64,000 nt of DNA from Ramazzottius varieornatus (taxonomy: Eukaryota; Animalia; Tardigrada): assembly GCA_001949185.1 (NCBI GenBank), contig BDGG01000003.1, forward strand, positions 4,199,158 through 4,263,157, given 5' to 3'. Under the pieces are notes generated by a model, which did no database searches, was not told where the DNA came from, and saw only the letters and a program-made list of their open reading frames with translations. Positions 12,752 through 29,295 of the stretch are shown one piece after another (position 1 is the first letter of the stretch; each line of letters begins with the position of its first letter). Both the position numbers and the translations under genes were made by a program.

Positions 12752-12963
12752 CACAACCCAAAGATTTACAGCTAGGAGGTCTACTCTGGCACCTATATGC
12801 CCGAGGCAGCCAAACCCATCACTAACGCGCTCACGTTGACCTGTGTCGGCGCTGTGCTAAAAAAACCTAGAAGCGTCGTAAGTGCATTAGTGATGGGTTT
12901 GACTGCCTCGGGCATAAAGGTGCCAGAGTGGACCTCCTAGCTGTAAATCTTCCATGGGTTGTG
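12752..12963. mobile_element. Foldback MITE-like palindrome, about 75-85 bp arms
   Basis: AAGATTTACAGCTAGGAGGTCTACTCTGGCACCTATATGCCCGAGGCAGCCAAACCCATCACTAA is mirrored almost perfectly by TTAGTGATGGGTTTGACTGCCTCGGGCATAAAGGTGCCAGAGTGGACCTCCTAGCTGTAAATCTT. Confidence 0.8.
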
Positions 12964-13579
12964 GGTGGAGGAAATTTGACCGGACTTGGAATTACTCACG
13001 GACACCTCTGGCGCGGGTTGATCCAACCTTCAAATCTGGCAAATTAAATCCTGCCGACACGGTTATTGACCTAGGTGACGCAAAACTATTCCGCTTGAAA
13101 AGCTCAATATCCAAACCCCGAGGGAGAAAATCTATTTCGTTATGAACGTCGAAGATCAAAGGGGCTCATGTGGCTTATTAGACTCATGTAAGAACTGCTG
13201 GTGTTGTTGAGCACAATTACGTCACGCCAGAGGGCGCATATGCGTACACGACGCACCGGAAGTTGGCGAGCTCAGTAGCGTTTGTCATCGTCTCGGCCGA
13301 GACGCTTACCCCATAGTGCATTCATAGCAGCGGAAACCAATTAATTTTAAAAACATACAAAGGTTAATAGCTGTTCAGTTTATAAAGTACGATTCGTCAT
13401 CTTCGCTCTTGGGCTTTTGATGACTTGCTTCGCCGGTGGCAGATGAGTTACATTTGCCATATGGTACAGACCGAGTTTTCTAGACTGCCCCATACCGCAT
13501 TGCTCTGGAGTTCAGACTAAAAGCAACGTGTTCGAGAAAATTTGCAGTCCTCTCTTTTCTTGAAAATATAGTTTGCAAA

Positions 13580-15100
13580 ATGGGCGACTCGAAAATGGGA
13601 GCGCAAAGCAACATCATAACAGCTGATACCGTCACAAAGCCTGCGCCGGTTGTGAAGAAATGGCCCATCGGATATCATCATCCAGATTGGCTGTAAGTCA
13701 TCCGGCCAGATTCTTTTTTACAACTTAAGTAGTAGTGGGTTCGATCGTATTTTGCAGAAAGAGAATCAACGGTACGGACGTACCTTATCCATTCTATGAA
13801 ATCATGGACGAAGTAAGACAGTTTCAAGCTAGGGATGGGGATATTGCGATTTGCACCTTCCCGAAATGCGGAACCACCTGGATGAACGCAATCATTGAAA
13901 TGCTAACGCATGCAGCAAACCCCGAATGTTTGCATGATGGAAAGTCCTTGGAATGGAAAAATCCTTACTTGGAACTGACCGATCCCGACTGGGCGGAAGA
14001 GCGACGCCCGGTTCGTCTTCTTGCCAAACTTCCGCCAGACACGCCGCGGACTTACTTTACCCATTTGGGATACGACGCTTTACCGGAAACTGTGAAGAAA
14101 AATGCAAAGGTACAAACCGACAATACTTTCTCGTTTGAAAAAACATTCTGAAGACCGGCAAACGACTTTCTATCAAGTTGCGTATTTTGCATGTACCTGC
14201 ATACTTGACACCACGGATCTGCATTGTTGATCACCGTGTATGCAAGTGATTGCAGACTGATCTACTCTGCTTGCCAACCCCAGCGCCAGTTCAAACTAAT
14301 CCTTTGGGTTTTTTCATCAGATAGTTTTCGTGGTCCGGAATCCCAAAGATACTATCGTATCGATGTATCATTTCAACCGGTCGCACTATCCACTGCAGTT
14401 CCACGGAGACCTGCAAGAGATGATTAACGGGTTCACCGAGGATCGCGTCACGTACGGACCATTCTTCGATCATACCGCGAGCTATTGGTCCCGTCGAAAC
14501 GACCGAAACATCTTTTGCACATCGTTCGAAGAATTGAGCTTGGTACGTGGAAAATCTGTGCCTTTCCTTCTAGCCGTCTGAAAGTTTCCTATCTTTCAAA
14601 GGACTTCCTTGGCGTCATCCGTCGGCTCGCCAAGTTCTTAGGCAAGGACCTGACCGAAGACCAGTTGCGCACCACCATGTATGAATGCGCCTTCGACCAG
14701 ATGAAAAATAACGATACCGTAAACAAGGCTGCCGTTGGAGCTCGTGGTTACTTTGACTTCAACAAGTCACCCTTTATCCGTGCCGGTAAAACATCTCAAC
14801 CCAGTGTCAAATGTCTCCATAATTTGGAAGGTCGACAACAAACTTGACAGTCTAGTAGTTCCAAGTGACGCACGCTTTCAGCCAAAAACCCTGAAAACGT
14901 GCGCCACTTCGGGAAGCAATTTGGGTAAGTTTGTCTGCCTCCCACTCTCTGTCTCTCTGGTCAACTGACTTTCTTTTCCAGGCAAAGTGGGAAACTGGAA
15001 AACCCACTTCTCGCACGAACAGAATCAACAGGTGGACGACTGGATCAATAAAAATCTACAGAGGCCTGAACTTCAAGGTCTTACTTTTCGTTATGAGTAA
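13580..15100 (+). CDS. Cytosolic sulfotransferase (SULT1-like), about 5 exons
   Basis: 5'-PSB TFPKCGTTW, 3'-PB RNPKDTIVSMYHF, YGPFFDH, C-terminal FIRAG|KVGNWKTHF; stop TAA 15098-15100; AATAAA near 15163. Confidence 0.92.
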
Positions 15101-15253
15101 CGGGAACTGATAAATTACGTCAGACTAACCGAAATATTCTTTATTCATTCTCCTAATTCTGCAATAAAATTTCAAGTGGCTGGATTTCAGTCATGACAGT
15201 ATTCACTGTATTGACGTAACGATAACGCGGGAAGGTATTGAGTGGAGAAAATC

Positions 15254-18751
<3,498 letters not shown>

Positions 18752-19149
18752 TGTCAAGCGCAAAACTGTACTGAAAACTACGAGCGGAAACACACCTTCT
18801 ACAACCAGAAAGTGAATTTTTGTACATCGACCGTTTGTACCGAATCGGAAAACGAAATTGTCTCGTAATTTCAACGATAAGGTATCAAACAACGGCTTTC
18901 GTTCAGCCTATCAGTTCCAGATACATTTCTTCCCGTTACTGAGTGCCAGCCGACGGTTTGATAAGTTGACAGCGAGTCATCATGAATTCACTTGAGCAAT
19001 TAACATACAGTAACGATAAAAATTTCAAACACAAATTTGTTGTACTCGTACAAATCGAAATTTTCTTGAAAGACGGAATTTGCAATCAGGTTGGGAAGAC
19101 TGAGGGCGAGTTCCACTGACCGGAAGTTGGGCTGAACGACAGGGGACCG

Positions 19150-20634
19150 CTAAAAGTTGAAGTTGTTGATCCAGTTGTCGAAGTGCGGACAGTCCATCGG
19201 GTTGATGGGACTATCCATGCTGCATAGATTCTTCACCTGTAAGAAGTCGCCCAGTCAGAAAATCAGCTATAGAAACTTCCGCCCTAAAGTCAGATGAGCT
19301 CACAGGACATCCGACACAGGGTATCGCAGCTTCTGGTCTGTCGGATTTCGATGAGTGGTACCGGTATCTGAAAATCGGTCCTTCAGGTTCATTGTATTCC
19401 CTCCGCTCTACTTTTCCCTCTAGCTCTAGCATCTTCATGACAGCTTCGATACTCTCTTCATTTATATCCGCCTGAAAAGTCGATAACGTTTCAAGAAAAA
19501 GCTGGAAAATTTGAAATCCAGTCTTGAATAGCCTAATCTCCTAATGGGAGCTCGGCAAACACATTCGACCGACTGTTTTCCCAAGTGGCGCACGGTCTCA
19601 GTGTTATTCGCTGAAAGCGCGAACCACTTGGGAAAACAACTTTGTCGAGTTTGTTTGCTGAGCTCCTAAATTACCTTCACAATACCGGCTTTGATGACGT
19701 CCTGCAAAACTTCGTCCACCGTAGCTTCGGACTTGTTGAAAGCTATCATTTCATCCGGAAGAGCTCTGGACTTCTCCGCGATGAATTTCTTCATCCGCGA
19801 TTTCAAGAAGACCACTGAGAGTTTACTGACGGCCTCGAAGCACTGCGTGTCGAAGCTTGTGCCGCTACCAAAGACTGTGTGTGTTCCCGCAGCCTACAAA
19901 ATATGAAAAGTAAAGATTCATTGGATAAACTGACGATAGCTCGAAAGAGGTTCTTACTGGATCGTCGAGCTTCAGATGAAACAAGACATAGCTCTTGACG
20001 TGCTGAGTGTTCTTCTGGAGTTTCACGGCTTTTATCAACTGCTTCGACTCTAGTGAAGCCAGAGTTTTAGTAATCTTGGTAGCGGAGAGTTTCGTCTTGT
20101 TTTTGATGATTCGCTGGGCGATCCCTTTCGTTCCAACCTGCTCAATCACATCGTACGTCCGTATTTCGTCTTCGTCTTCGATGGTCGATAGCTTCCTCGC
20201 TATCATCGGATCACGTAGACGAATGCTTGGACGATGTTGCTCATCCTGCTTGACTTGTACTTTCATCTGCCAACAGGTAGTAATTCATAAACCAGGGACG
20301 ATCCAACTAACAAGATTTTATCAGGATTTTCCAATATGAACATACGTACCCCTTTGATCATGCGGTTGACGACGATCTTCAGCTGATCAGATGAAAAATC
20401 CAGGAAGTGCTCCTGTAGCTCGTGCTCTGAAACTTCTCCATTTGCCACAGACCGACACAAATCCTCGATCCTAAAATTGTATAGATGTGAACGATGTAAG
20501 AAACACGAGGAACTCTGCCCACCGGAAACCGGAAACTCATCCACCATTCACTTAACTTACTCTTTCTCCAGAAGATCCAGCTTTGTAGAAGGTGTCCGTG
20601 GCTGTTCTTCTTCAAGCTCCATTAAGCTTGCCAT
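19150..20634 (-). CDS. POLR3F: RNA polymerase III subunit RPC6/C34
   Basis: Winged-helix segment YDVIEQVGTKGI...ITKTLASLESKQLIKAVK, GSGTSFDTQCFE, C-terminal Fe-S cysteine motif IPCVGCP|VKNLC...PMDCPHF; ATG 20634, TAG 19150-19152. Confidence 0.85.
19548..19667. repeat. Best-preserved copy of intronic palindrome family A (about 120 bp)
   Basis: GGAGCTCGGCAAACACATTCGAC..TTTTCCCAAGTGGCGCAC-N25-GCGAACCACTTGGGAAAAC..GTCGAGTTTGTTTGCTGAGCTCC inside a POLR3F intron; about 34 related loci across the window (see findings). Confidence 0.95.
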
Positions 20635-20868
20635 CCTTGTTGATCAGTAGATGACGACAAGATGAGGAGAGGTTCGGAAGGAATGAAGGATGCGACAAGA
20701 TAATTATACTGAATATCAACAGGATAGTTATCGGTTTTCGAGCGAGGTGCTCACTGCGCACGTGGAGCAAATTACGCGCACCATTTGACGCACCTGCTAG
20801 CAGTAACATCCGTGGAAAGACCAGTTATACAAGTGATTGATTCGTTGATTATACTTTGTTGGTGCGTA

Positions 20869-21144
20869 CAGTGTGCGACAAAAATAAACTGTTAAAAATG
20901 GGTGTTGGATGGAGCCAGATCGATAAAGCCAATAAAATTTGCGCATGCAGCAAACTATAATGCTCAGTGGCTGAGTCGTAAGTTAGCTCAGCTGGACTGT
21001 CACGCCCAATTCTAACAGATAATTTTGTTGTACATTGTGTACTCAGTCAATGAGAATTATGTTTTGCTGCATGCGCAAATTTCATTGGCTTTAACCATCT
21101 GGCTCCATACACCCATTTTTAACGGTTTATTTTGTCGTACACTG
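20869..21144. mobile_element. Tc1/mariner-type MITE (TA-CAGTG...CACTG-TA), about 105 bp arms
   Basis: TA|CAGTGTGCGACAAAAATAAACTGTTAAAAATGGGTGT mirrored by ACACCCATTTTTAACGGTTTATTTTGTCGTACACTG|TA; lies between divergent POLR3F and the 21355 gene. Confidence 0.85.
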
Positions 21145-21354
21145 TACACTGTACACTGTACCCCGGTGTGTGTGTTACGTGCAGCGCAGCTGGACCTGCC
21201 CATTGCGTCAACAAACCTTGCAAGTTGCGACAAAAGATTTCTCTTCAATCTGACCAACGGTCAGCTCTGACCGTCGTCCTCCGCCACTATTCCTTCTCAA
21301 GCCGTCCCGGCTTTCCTTGGCTTCCTATTTCCTAATGTTAACAAGTGCTCCAGG

Positions 21355-23008
21355 ATGGGTGACTCACGCTCCGACCGCTCCTACAGCTCTTCCGGGACCA
21401 TCCGTGGACACAGCGTACGCTTCTGGACAAGTGCGGTGGATCCTTCAGCTATACGCTGCTTCCCTCGCCTCAAGACGATCAAGTCACACGCTGTTTCCGT
21501 CACTGTTGTTCGTGAGTCACCCGATTTGGAATTGCCCGAAGGTAGGAGAATACTTTCATAAGACTTACCTTAAACTTGGGAGGTCGCTCACTTGCCGTTT
21601 CATCTTTTAGTGACGAATGAGGCAGCCTTTCAACCTGAGCGCGCTTCGACCAGCGTCTCTCACCGTCCCTCGACAGCCGAACTCTTTCAGAAGCCTCTCA
21701 GTCCCATTCGACCACCTCTTCGAAATGGATCCAACAAGAAATCTACTCGTGCTCCCAAAATAGGCAAATCTCCAGCCAACCGAGTGGACCTTCCGCCTCC
21801 GCTTCCAGGTCCAGCGCCACTCGCCAGCGACAAAGAAAGCTGTGCGAGCTTCCGCACGACTCGAACCAGTCTTCCCGACACCATCTTCAGCGAAGCTTCT
21901 TCCAAACGCCCACGTACGTATAGAAGCGCGTATACAAGCCGGCTATTCAGTCAGTTTAAAATGAGAAGCCAAGCACCGAGTCTGGAAGCAGTTCCTGTAG
22001 TTGATAAACCTCTCAGTCCTGAGATAGACCGTTACTCGTTCGATAGTCCCGTGCCTGCAATCATAGCATCTAAACAGTCCAAAGTCGAGGCGAAGAAGAA
22101 AAGCGTGTCTGGTGGGCAAACTATTGCTCAGCGATTAACCTCACGAAAGAGAGACAAAATACCACTTGTCGAGCCTAAGAAGGTATCCGATAAACGAAGC
22201 TACTCTTCGGTGGTAGTTGGCAATAACAGTAAGAAGCGACCGGCAGAGACTTCGAAGGATGGATTTCCCGTCAAGAAGGTCAACAATCCAGTGGCAGCAT
22301 TCAAAATAGCAGCTCTGCCTAGAAAGGGTCGTGTGGAACGTCAGTCCAGCCCGCCAGAAGTTCCTGCCCCGGAAGTACGCGAACCGGAAGGGGCTCCTGC
22401 AAAGAAGGCTGTAGCCTTACAAAAAAGTCCTGCCCCTGTCGCTACAAAGACCGTGGATGAGAACCGCACCCAGATGACGGCTAACCTTGACAAACTGATC
22501 AACAAGATGCAGAACGAAAGGTTGGAGAATTTCTTGAACAGAATTAAAAGGCCGGCAAACGAAACGTGGAAGATCGCCATCTCAAGTAACGCACGTTTTT
22601 GTCATGGTTGGAAGCGTGCGCCACTTCATATACCGATCTTGCACGTTTCGTATGCCGACCTCGCTCTTCATATTGATGTTCATCCTGCCACTCGTTGACA
22701 TCCAATTCATATCCTGCAGTGGGAACGAGTTGGTGCAGAGTGGAATCATCAGGTCGTTGACGGACCTACTGGTGAAGAAGGAGAGGTACGAGGTCGTGAT
22801 GGAAAAGCAACTGACGAAGCTGCAGCAGTCGACTTCCATGATTCTCGAATGCTCCAAGGAGAACTCGAACTTGTAAGCGCAAGATTTCTTTCTAATGTAT
22901 TTGTCTCCAGGTTTACTTTCCGGGACCTATGTTCTTTGCAGGAATCAGCAAATTCGAACTGTGACAAAGAGCCTTCAGGAAAATAATCTGAGTAGCCGTT
23001 CGCGCTGA
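21355..23008 (+). CDS. Uncharacterised Ser/Pro/Lys-rich disordered protein with C-terminal coiled coil, about 4 exons
   Basis: ORFs 21355, 21592 and 22604 joinable through GT-AG introns (about 21543-21610, 22521-22719, 22873-22940); no domain recognised. Confidence 0.55.
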
Positions 23009-23420
23009 CTGCGGAAACGTGGTAAATTTTCCTTTGAATATCAGATATTTTATCGTCCCGTTTAACAGAGGAGAGTTGGAATATTTCCGGCGCTCAGTGG
23101 AGACTACTTCCTTGTTGGATGAATCATCCTGTGAGCCTTTCTTGGTTGCCTTTCCGGTTGGTTTCATAGAGTAAGATTTTCTGACCTAACTGTTCCTTTC
23201 GTCTTCCTCACTTCCTTGTTGAGTTTAGGCTTCTACTCAAGTTTCTGGTTATAAAATTAGTCAAGCTAGTTAAGCGCGCGTAATCTGCGAATATTATTGC
23301 GAATGACACAACTGCGTATACTGACTACAAAATAATTCAACGATAATATTAAATATTACTAATAATGTCAAAGAGAGGAATCAGTTTACGAGCCAGCTAC
23401 AACCTGTCACCAAGAAAATC

Positions 23421-25675
23421 TTAATTGAAGTTTGATGTGTCCAGGTTGGATGGGGATTTACTAAACGAGGATGACGAGGGGAAGGACTGCGAGGTTGACA
23501 TACTGGCTTGCCTTGCTGTCGGAGAACTTGAGATCGCTCCATACGGAGGTCGGTATGAGGAAGGCGAACTGTTGGTTGAGTAATTATCGTGATTGCCGTT
23601 GTTATTGTTGTTTGAAGAATATTGCTTGGGAGCTGAGCGGAAGCCGTAGCTTCCTGGATACCCAAAGCCCATACTTCCATATCCGGAGCCCATAGCTCCG
23701 TTGTTTGAAGAACCGTAGCCAGTACCGTAGCCGAGACCGATGGGAGCTGTCATGTAGGGACTGTAGCCCATTCCGCCACCATAGCTACTTCCCACGATCG
23801 GACTTCCCACGATCACGTTGGCTCCGGACGAACCGAGAGTATTGCCCGCTGCAAAGTCTAAGTTCAACTGTCGAGCTAATGGACTTGATAAACCCGAGTT
23901 ACTCGACGAGGATGACAGTGACGATGACGAAGTACCCTGTCCTTGAGTGGGCCTGAACGAATGCTGACCTTGACTTGTCGATAAGGAGGCAAGAGGCGAG
24001 GAGAGTGCTCGATCTGACGCGTCGACTCCGTTTATGATATCCAGAGGACCTAAGCCCACCGTCCCTCCTGGAGTGCCACCCATGTTGATGGTTCCAGTAG
24101 CTGTGGCGGATGGAACTCCCGTTATGACCGTAGAACCAGGAGGCACGGAAGTAAACGGTCCTCCACCTCCGTAACCTCCGCCACCATACCCGCCACCGCC
24201 ACCACCATAACCACCACCATACCCGCCACCTCCATAACCACCACCGCCACCACCATAACCTCCGCCGCCTCCATATCCTCCGCCACCTCCATACATATTG
24301 CCCCCATAGCCGCCACCCATAGAATACGGGGATGACATCCCACCGTAACCACCACCTCCGCCATAACCGCCACCACCATAACCGCCGCCACCGTAACCGC
24401 CACCGTAACCGCCACCGTAACCGCCACCTCCACCATAACCTCCCCCTCCGCCATATCCTCCTGCAAAATTATTGCCGTATCCCATGCCACCAACGGGAGT
24501 GCCGACAATGACGGTCGAGCCAGCTGGAGGTGCAATTGGAGTGCCGGGGATCACCGTTTGGCGATCGCTGAGCGCATTGTTCGATGACGCCGAGGAGCTT
24601 AGCTGGTCAGATGCGCCGCCGCCGCCGGTAGTTACGGTGACTGATATTGGATTGGTCTGCCGAGAAGATAATCCTCCGGTTTCCGCGATGGCGTTCAACG
24701 CGACCTGCAGTGCGCGGTTGATTTCGTCCGTTGCTTGATCAAGGTCCAGCGGTCCCGTTCCAATGGGATTCGTCCCTCCCAATGCACCAGTCCCTGCAGG
24801 TGCTCCAACTATCACGGTTCCGATAGGACCATTGCCGAATCCGTTTCCAAAACCGTATCCACCGCCACCCCCATAACCGCCTCCCCCATAACCGCCTCCG
24901 CCATTACCATAACCAGTGTTAAATCCAGCTGTACCATACATCGTGTTTGTCCCAGCGATGGGTGTGCCTGTTATCACGGTGCTACCCGGCGCGCCTACTC
25001 CAACCGGAGTACCGACTATAACACCAGTCTGTTTGTTCTGAAGTTGAGTGGTAATTTGGGTAGCTAGGTTCTTGGCAAGCGCGGCTAAGGCATCTCTTTG
25101 ATTTGAAGTCGTTGAGAGGCTTGAGGACGACGAGGAGCCCGACGAGGAAGAAGGGGTCTTTGTAGGCGCTGCTGCGTCGTCTGATATTAGGGATAAGCGA
25201 GGGTCCATCTGCATCTTTGGTCTGACGGCTGTGGCGGTAGCTACTTGGTCGGCAATGTACACGAACAATATGACTCCGAAATACTGAAAAACATAAAAAT
25301 CCAAATATCATTTCGCGGAATTACCGTACTGGCAGCCATGAGAAGGATTCCAAGACATCCGCATAATCGACAGAAACAAGGACAAAACTGTCGAAATACA
25401 ATCGAAACGTCGGCAAATGCGTTCATCCAGATCGTCTCTCCAACTGGCGCACGTCTTTAGCTCATTACAATGATAACGTGCGCCAGTTGAGATATGTAAC
25501 TGGGTGAAATCATTCGTCTCTTGTTTGACCTTTTACCATCAAACTACAACTTCATCGAAATCAAGTCTAAATCGAGAACTGAAATATAGAAATTATGGGT
25601 GGGTCACGGTTCGCTGTGATTTTTGTAGAAGTACAAAGTGGGAAGGAACCTTACCGGGATTACTCTGACTTCCAT
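23421..25675 (-). CDS. Secreted Gly/Tyr-rich structural protein (cuticle/eggshell-like)
   Basis: 627-aa ORF with long (GGGY/GGYG)n tracts, Ser-rich spacers and a hydrophobic N-terminal segment; short upstream exons near 25655-25675 and 25325-25387 (start uncertain). Confidence 0.8.
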
Positions 25676-27255
25676 GATTTTTAGGCCGGGAAGACAGATG
25701 GAATTTCGGCCGGAAGATATAAATCCACCCGTACAAAGGATCAGGAATCCCAGAGCGGAACAGGGGGTTAATTAATCCACGATCAAGTTGTCCCAGGAGT
25801 GCATGCTTGTGGTGGGCATATCCAGAGGAGAGCTCGAGGTGAGGTGCGCGCAGAGCGCTTGCGGGGTACCTGACCGATTGAGCGTATTTGACAAATCTGG
25901 TTATCTTTAACCGGCACTAAAGACCTAAGCGTTACTTAAGGATCCCAAGAAACTGACTGATGCTAGTGATGGATATCAAGAGTAGAGGGTTAAGTTTTAT
26001 ACTTCATTAACATGTTCCCACCTTAATGCCTAAATCAAAGTTTACGCTTGTCTGCACCAACTGGCCCAGCACGGTTCCGCGCGCTCTCATCAACAAGAGC
26101 CGACGTGATGTCGACCATGCTTGTATGACAAACTGACGCGCGTTTCACCATACGTCAAACGCAGGTTTCTGTCAGAACCATTATCGAGGCTCCGGTCAAG
26201 ATCTACGAGGAAACACGACAGATGACGTCTCAGGAAACAACCTAAGCCGTACTCGACCCGTCGACCCAAAGGCTCGAGAAACCCACAGTGGCGTTCAAGC
26301 CAATCAACACTGACCATCATGTTGATTGATCTACCGTCCGCCTTAGTTTCCACGGGGTCCTTTTGACCAAAGCCGTCTTCAAAGGTACTTGGTGGACCAA
26401 TGGCGACAGTTGTTCGAGCCCGACGATACGTTTTCGAACAGGTTCGATCATGGGGGTTGACTCATTAGGTTCTCTAGGAACAAAGAATGACAAATTAGAG
26501 CGGCATGTGCTACAGTAGCGTATTATTGATGATGCCAGCTTAATGTCGCGACCTTCAACTTGGCTGTTGCGCTCGTTTGTTTGGTCATTACAGTTGCCGC
26601 TATGCTCAAAGATGTTGATCAAAGGCGATAGTTGATGCAATTTTTGTTTTAAATTATGTATTTACACAGGATGTACAGAGGAGGCTCTTGATGATTGCCG
26701 CGACCAGCGCGTGTGCCGCCGATTCGACGTCTGACCCCGTTCTGGCCCTCACACCAACACCTTTCTCCATCCCGATGACGAATCAGACTTATCATAATTC
26801 GCTCTAATCGCCGGCCTATGCAAACGCGACTGGAAGAAAGACAAGTGTTGTAATTCGTAAAAAGCGCATCTGAATCATTAAGCCAACGCGAGGAAAACAA
26901 ATCAGAGCTCGACAAACGAACTGGACAGAATTGTTTTCCCAACTGGCGCACGTTGTCGGTGTTATAGGTCCAGAGCGTGCGCCACTTCGAAGAACGATCT
27001 TCTCCAGTTCGTTTGCCCAGCTCCCAAATACCTCTTCGAACAATGTTAATTCACTTTATGGAGATCCCTACAATGACAGAATTTGGTTGCTAGAAAGTGA
27101 ATCCGGCCTTCTCGTGATGTCAGCCGAAGATGTAGAATGTGAATAGTAGTATTTTAAAAAAGTCGGCACTAACGTTGCATCGTACCGGAGATCATTGTTA
27201 TCGAGACCAGGAAAACAATCAGGAAAAATATGAAAATTCTCAGACCGTGGAGGGA

Positions 27256-29295
27256 TTATAGGTTGTTCATGGAATGGGTTAGTGGTAACCCAACGTTCTG
27301 GAGTTCTGTCAATAGGTTCTTGTTCAGATTGACCGCCTCGGTGTACTTTTGCGCCACTTCTTGGCCAAAGGTTCTCGCCTGGTTTACATGTCGTCTGCAG
27401 CGTTCGTGTTCGTTTTCGGCGTGTTGCACCAGCCTAGTACATTCCTCTTTGAAGCGATCAATTAAGACCGATTGGCTATGCACAAAGGCGGTCAGTTGTC
27501 TGGTTGTGGTCAAGTTATTTTCGTGAGTTTCTCGCAGACTGGCCAGTTCCTTGTTCAGTGCGTCGATGACTGCTGTTGTTTGCGGTTGGTTCACCCTGTC
27601 AGCCGAGCTGTCCATCTGGCCCGATAGTTTGGCCAAGAGTTGGGCGTTTTCTCGCTCTACCGCCAGCCAGCCGTTCTCAGCTTCGTGTAATCGTTGTCGC
27701 AACTTGGCCATACGTTGTTCCCCCATCTTCCAACGTGTGGTGTAACTGTGAAGTTCTGTACGAGCTTGCTCAAGCTCCGTCGTATGCTTTGTGTTTGCCA
27801 AAGTTAACTCTAACTTTTTTTCGGAAAGTTCGTTTCTCAGTTGCTGAATAATACCTTCAGAAATTTCTTGCCTTGATCTGAGGTTTTGCTGAGCGTTCTG
27901 CAAATTCATCTCAGCAGCATGGCGCGCAGTTCTTTCGAAAGATTCCTTCTTGGATAAAACCTGTAAATACAGATACAATAGTAATACGAAAACCAATAAA
28001 CCGTAACTTTCTTCCATTACCGGAAGATCGGCAAAGAAAACCAATTTACTTTTTCCAAGTGGCGCACGTTCCCGTTGTCATTAGCTGGTTGCGTTCGCCA
28101 CTTGAAACACGTTCTGGTCGAGTCTGTTTCCCGAATTTCCAGTTTCTTCAGTTTACTGCATCTTTACCTGTAGTTCTTCCTGTAATCCTTTGATCCGGTC
28201 TTCTACATTCACAACTTGGACCTTCAAAGCGGAAACCAAATTGCTGTCCTCGGTTCTCAATCGCGCTTCTACAGACTGTCTTTCTCGCTCAAAATCGATC
28301 CGCATGACTTCGCGTTCGTCAGCAGACCGACTAAGAGCCTCTTTCATGTGCTTGTTCTCGCATTCCACACTCGCACACTTCTCCGCGAGCCTCGTGATCT
28401 GTAACCGATGTTCGGCTTCTTCTGCCTTACATCGCGCCAACTGTCTCTTCAGTGAGTCCGTTAGAAGTTCCAGCTCAACTTGGTACTTGGCCGAAGGAAC
28501 CACCGTAGCTTTGGCTTCGAGCAGCTCCAACTGTTCAGTTTTGTCTTGAAGATTGGACTGAGTGAACTCAAATTTTTCTTTAACTCGAGAAACTTCGTGG
28601 TCCTTGAGCTGTAGTTGGGCCTTTAGTTGTTCCACTTGGGCGGTAAGGGTGTCTCGCACATGCAGAACCGATTCGCTCGTTGGACCTACAAGAACAACCT
28701 CGTATCTGTACACTACAATTAGTGCAAGAGCAGGAATGCGGATAACCATACCGAGATTTTCGGTGATGGTTCCGGGAGAAACATCCGACGCCAGAATTTG
28801 ATCCAGCACAGAAATCGTAGTTCTCATCCTTTCTCGCGCTTGCAGTCTCTCATTAGAAGCCAAAAGCGCAGCGAAGGATTCCGTCGACTCACGGGCTTGT
28901 GCAGCATACTCGCGGTTTTCCAGGTTGAGGCGGTCCAGAAGCTTTTGCTGCATATCAATGACGACTATAAGGTCTGCTGCATTCAGCTCTCGGTACTTCT
29001 CCGCGTCTGTAAGCCCTAATGAGCCATTCTGCGATTCTCCAGTCACGATCTCGCCAGGTTCAGCCAGTTGACTTTCTTCCACATCATGTGACGCCCGCAG
29101 AGACTTCTGGGCATCGGAAAGAGACGTTCGCGATCCAGAGAGTGATGGCCTGGAGATCCGTTTATTTCGAGCTGGCGCAATGGGCGAGCTTTCGTTGGTG
29201 TTCCCCGAAGATGAACTGGAAGATGCACGGTCGAAGGCTGTCGTCAAAGGATGCCGAACAGTTGAACCTGCCACGGTCTCCGATCTGGAGAACAT
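27256..29295 (-). CDS. Long coiled-coil protein, SDCCAG8-like
   Basis: Heptad-rich ORFs 28153..29310 and 27256..28044; C-terminal HSQSVLIDRFKEECTRL resembles the SQN..L.KLKEEC motif I recall from SDCCAG8; 5' end uncertain. Confidence 0.6.

Noticed and set aside
26090-26951. Minus-strand ORFs of 87-107 aa as a gene
   Set aside because: No recognisable domain, and no consistent splice model could be built by eye.
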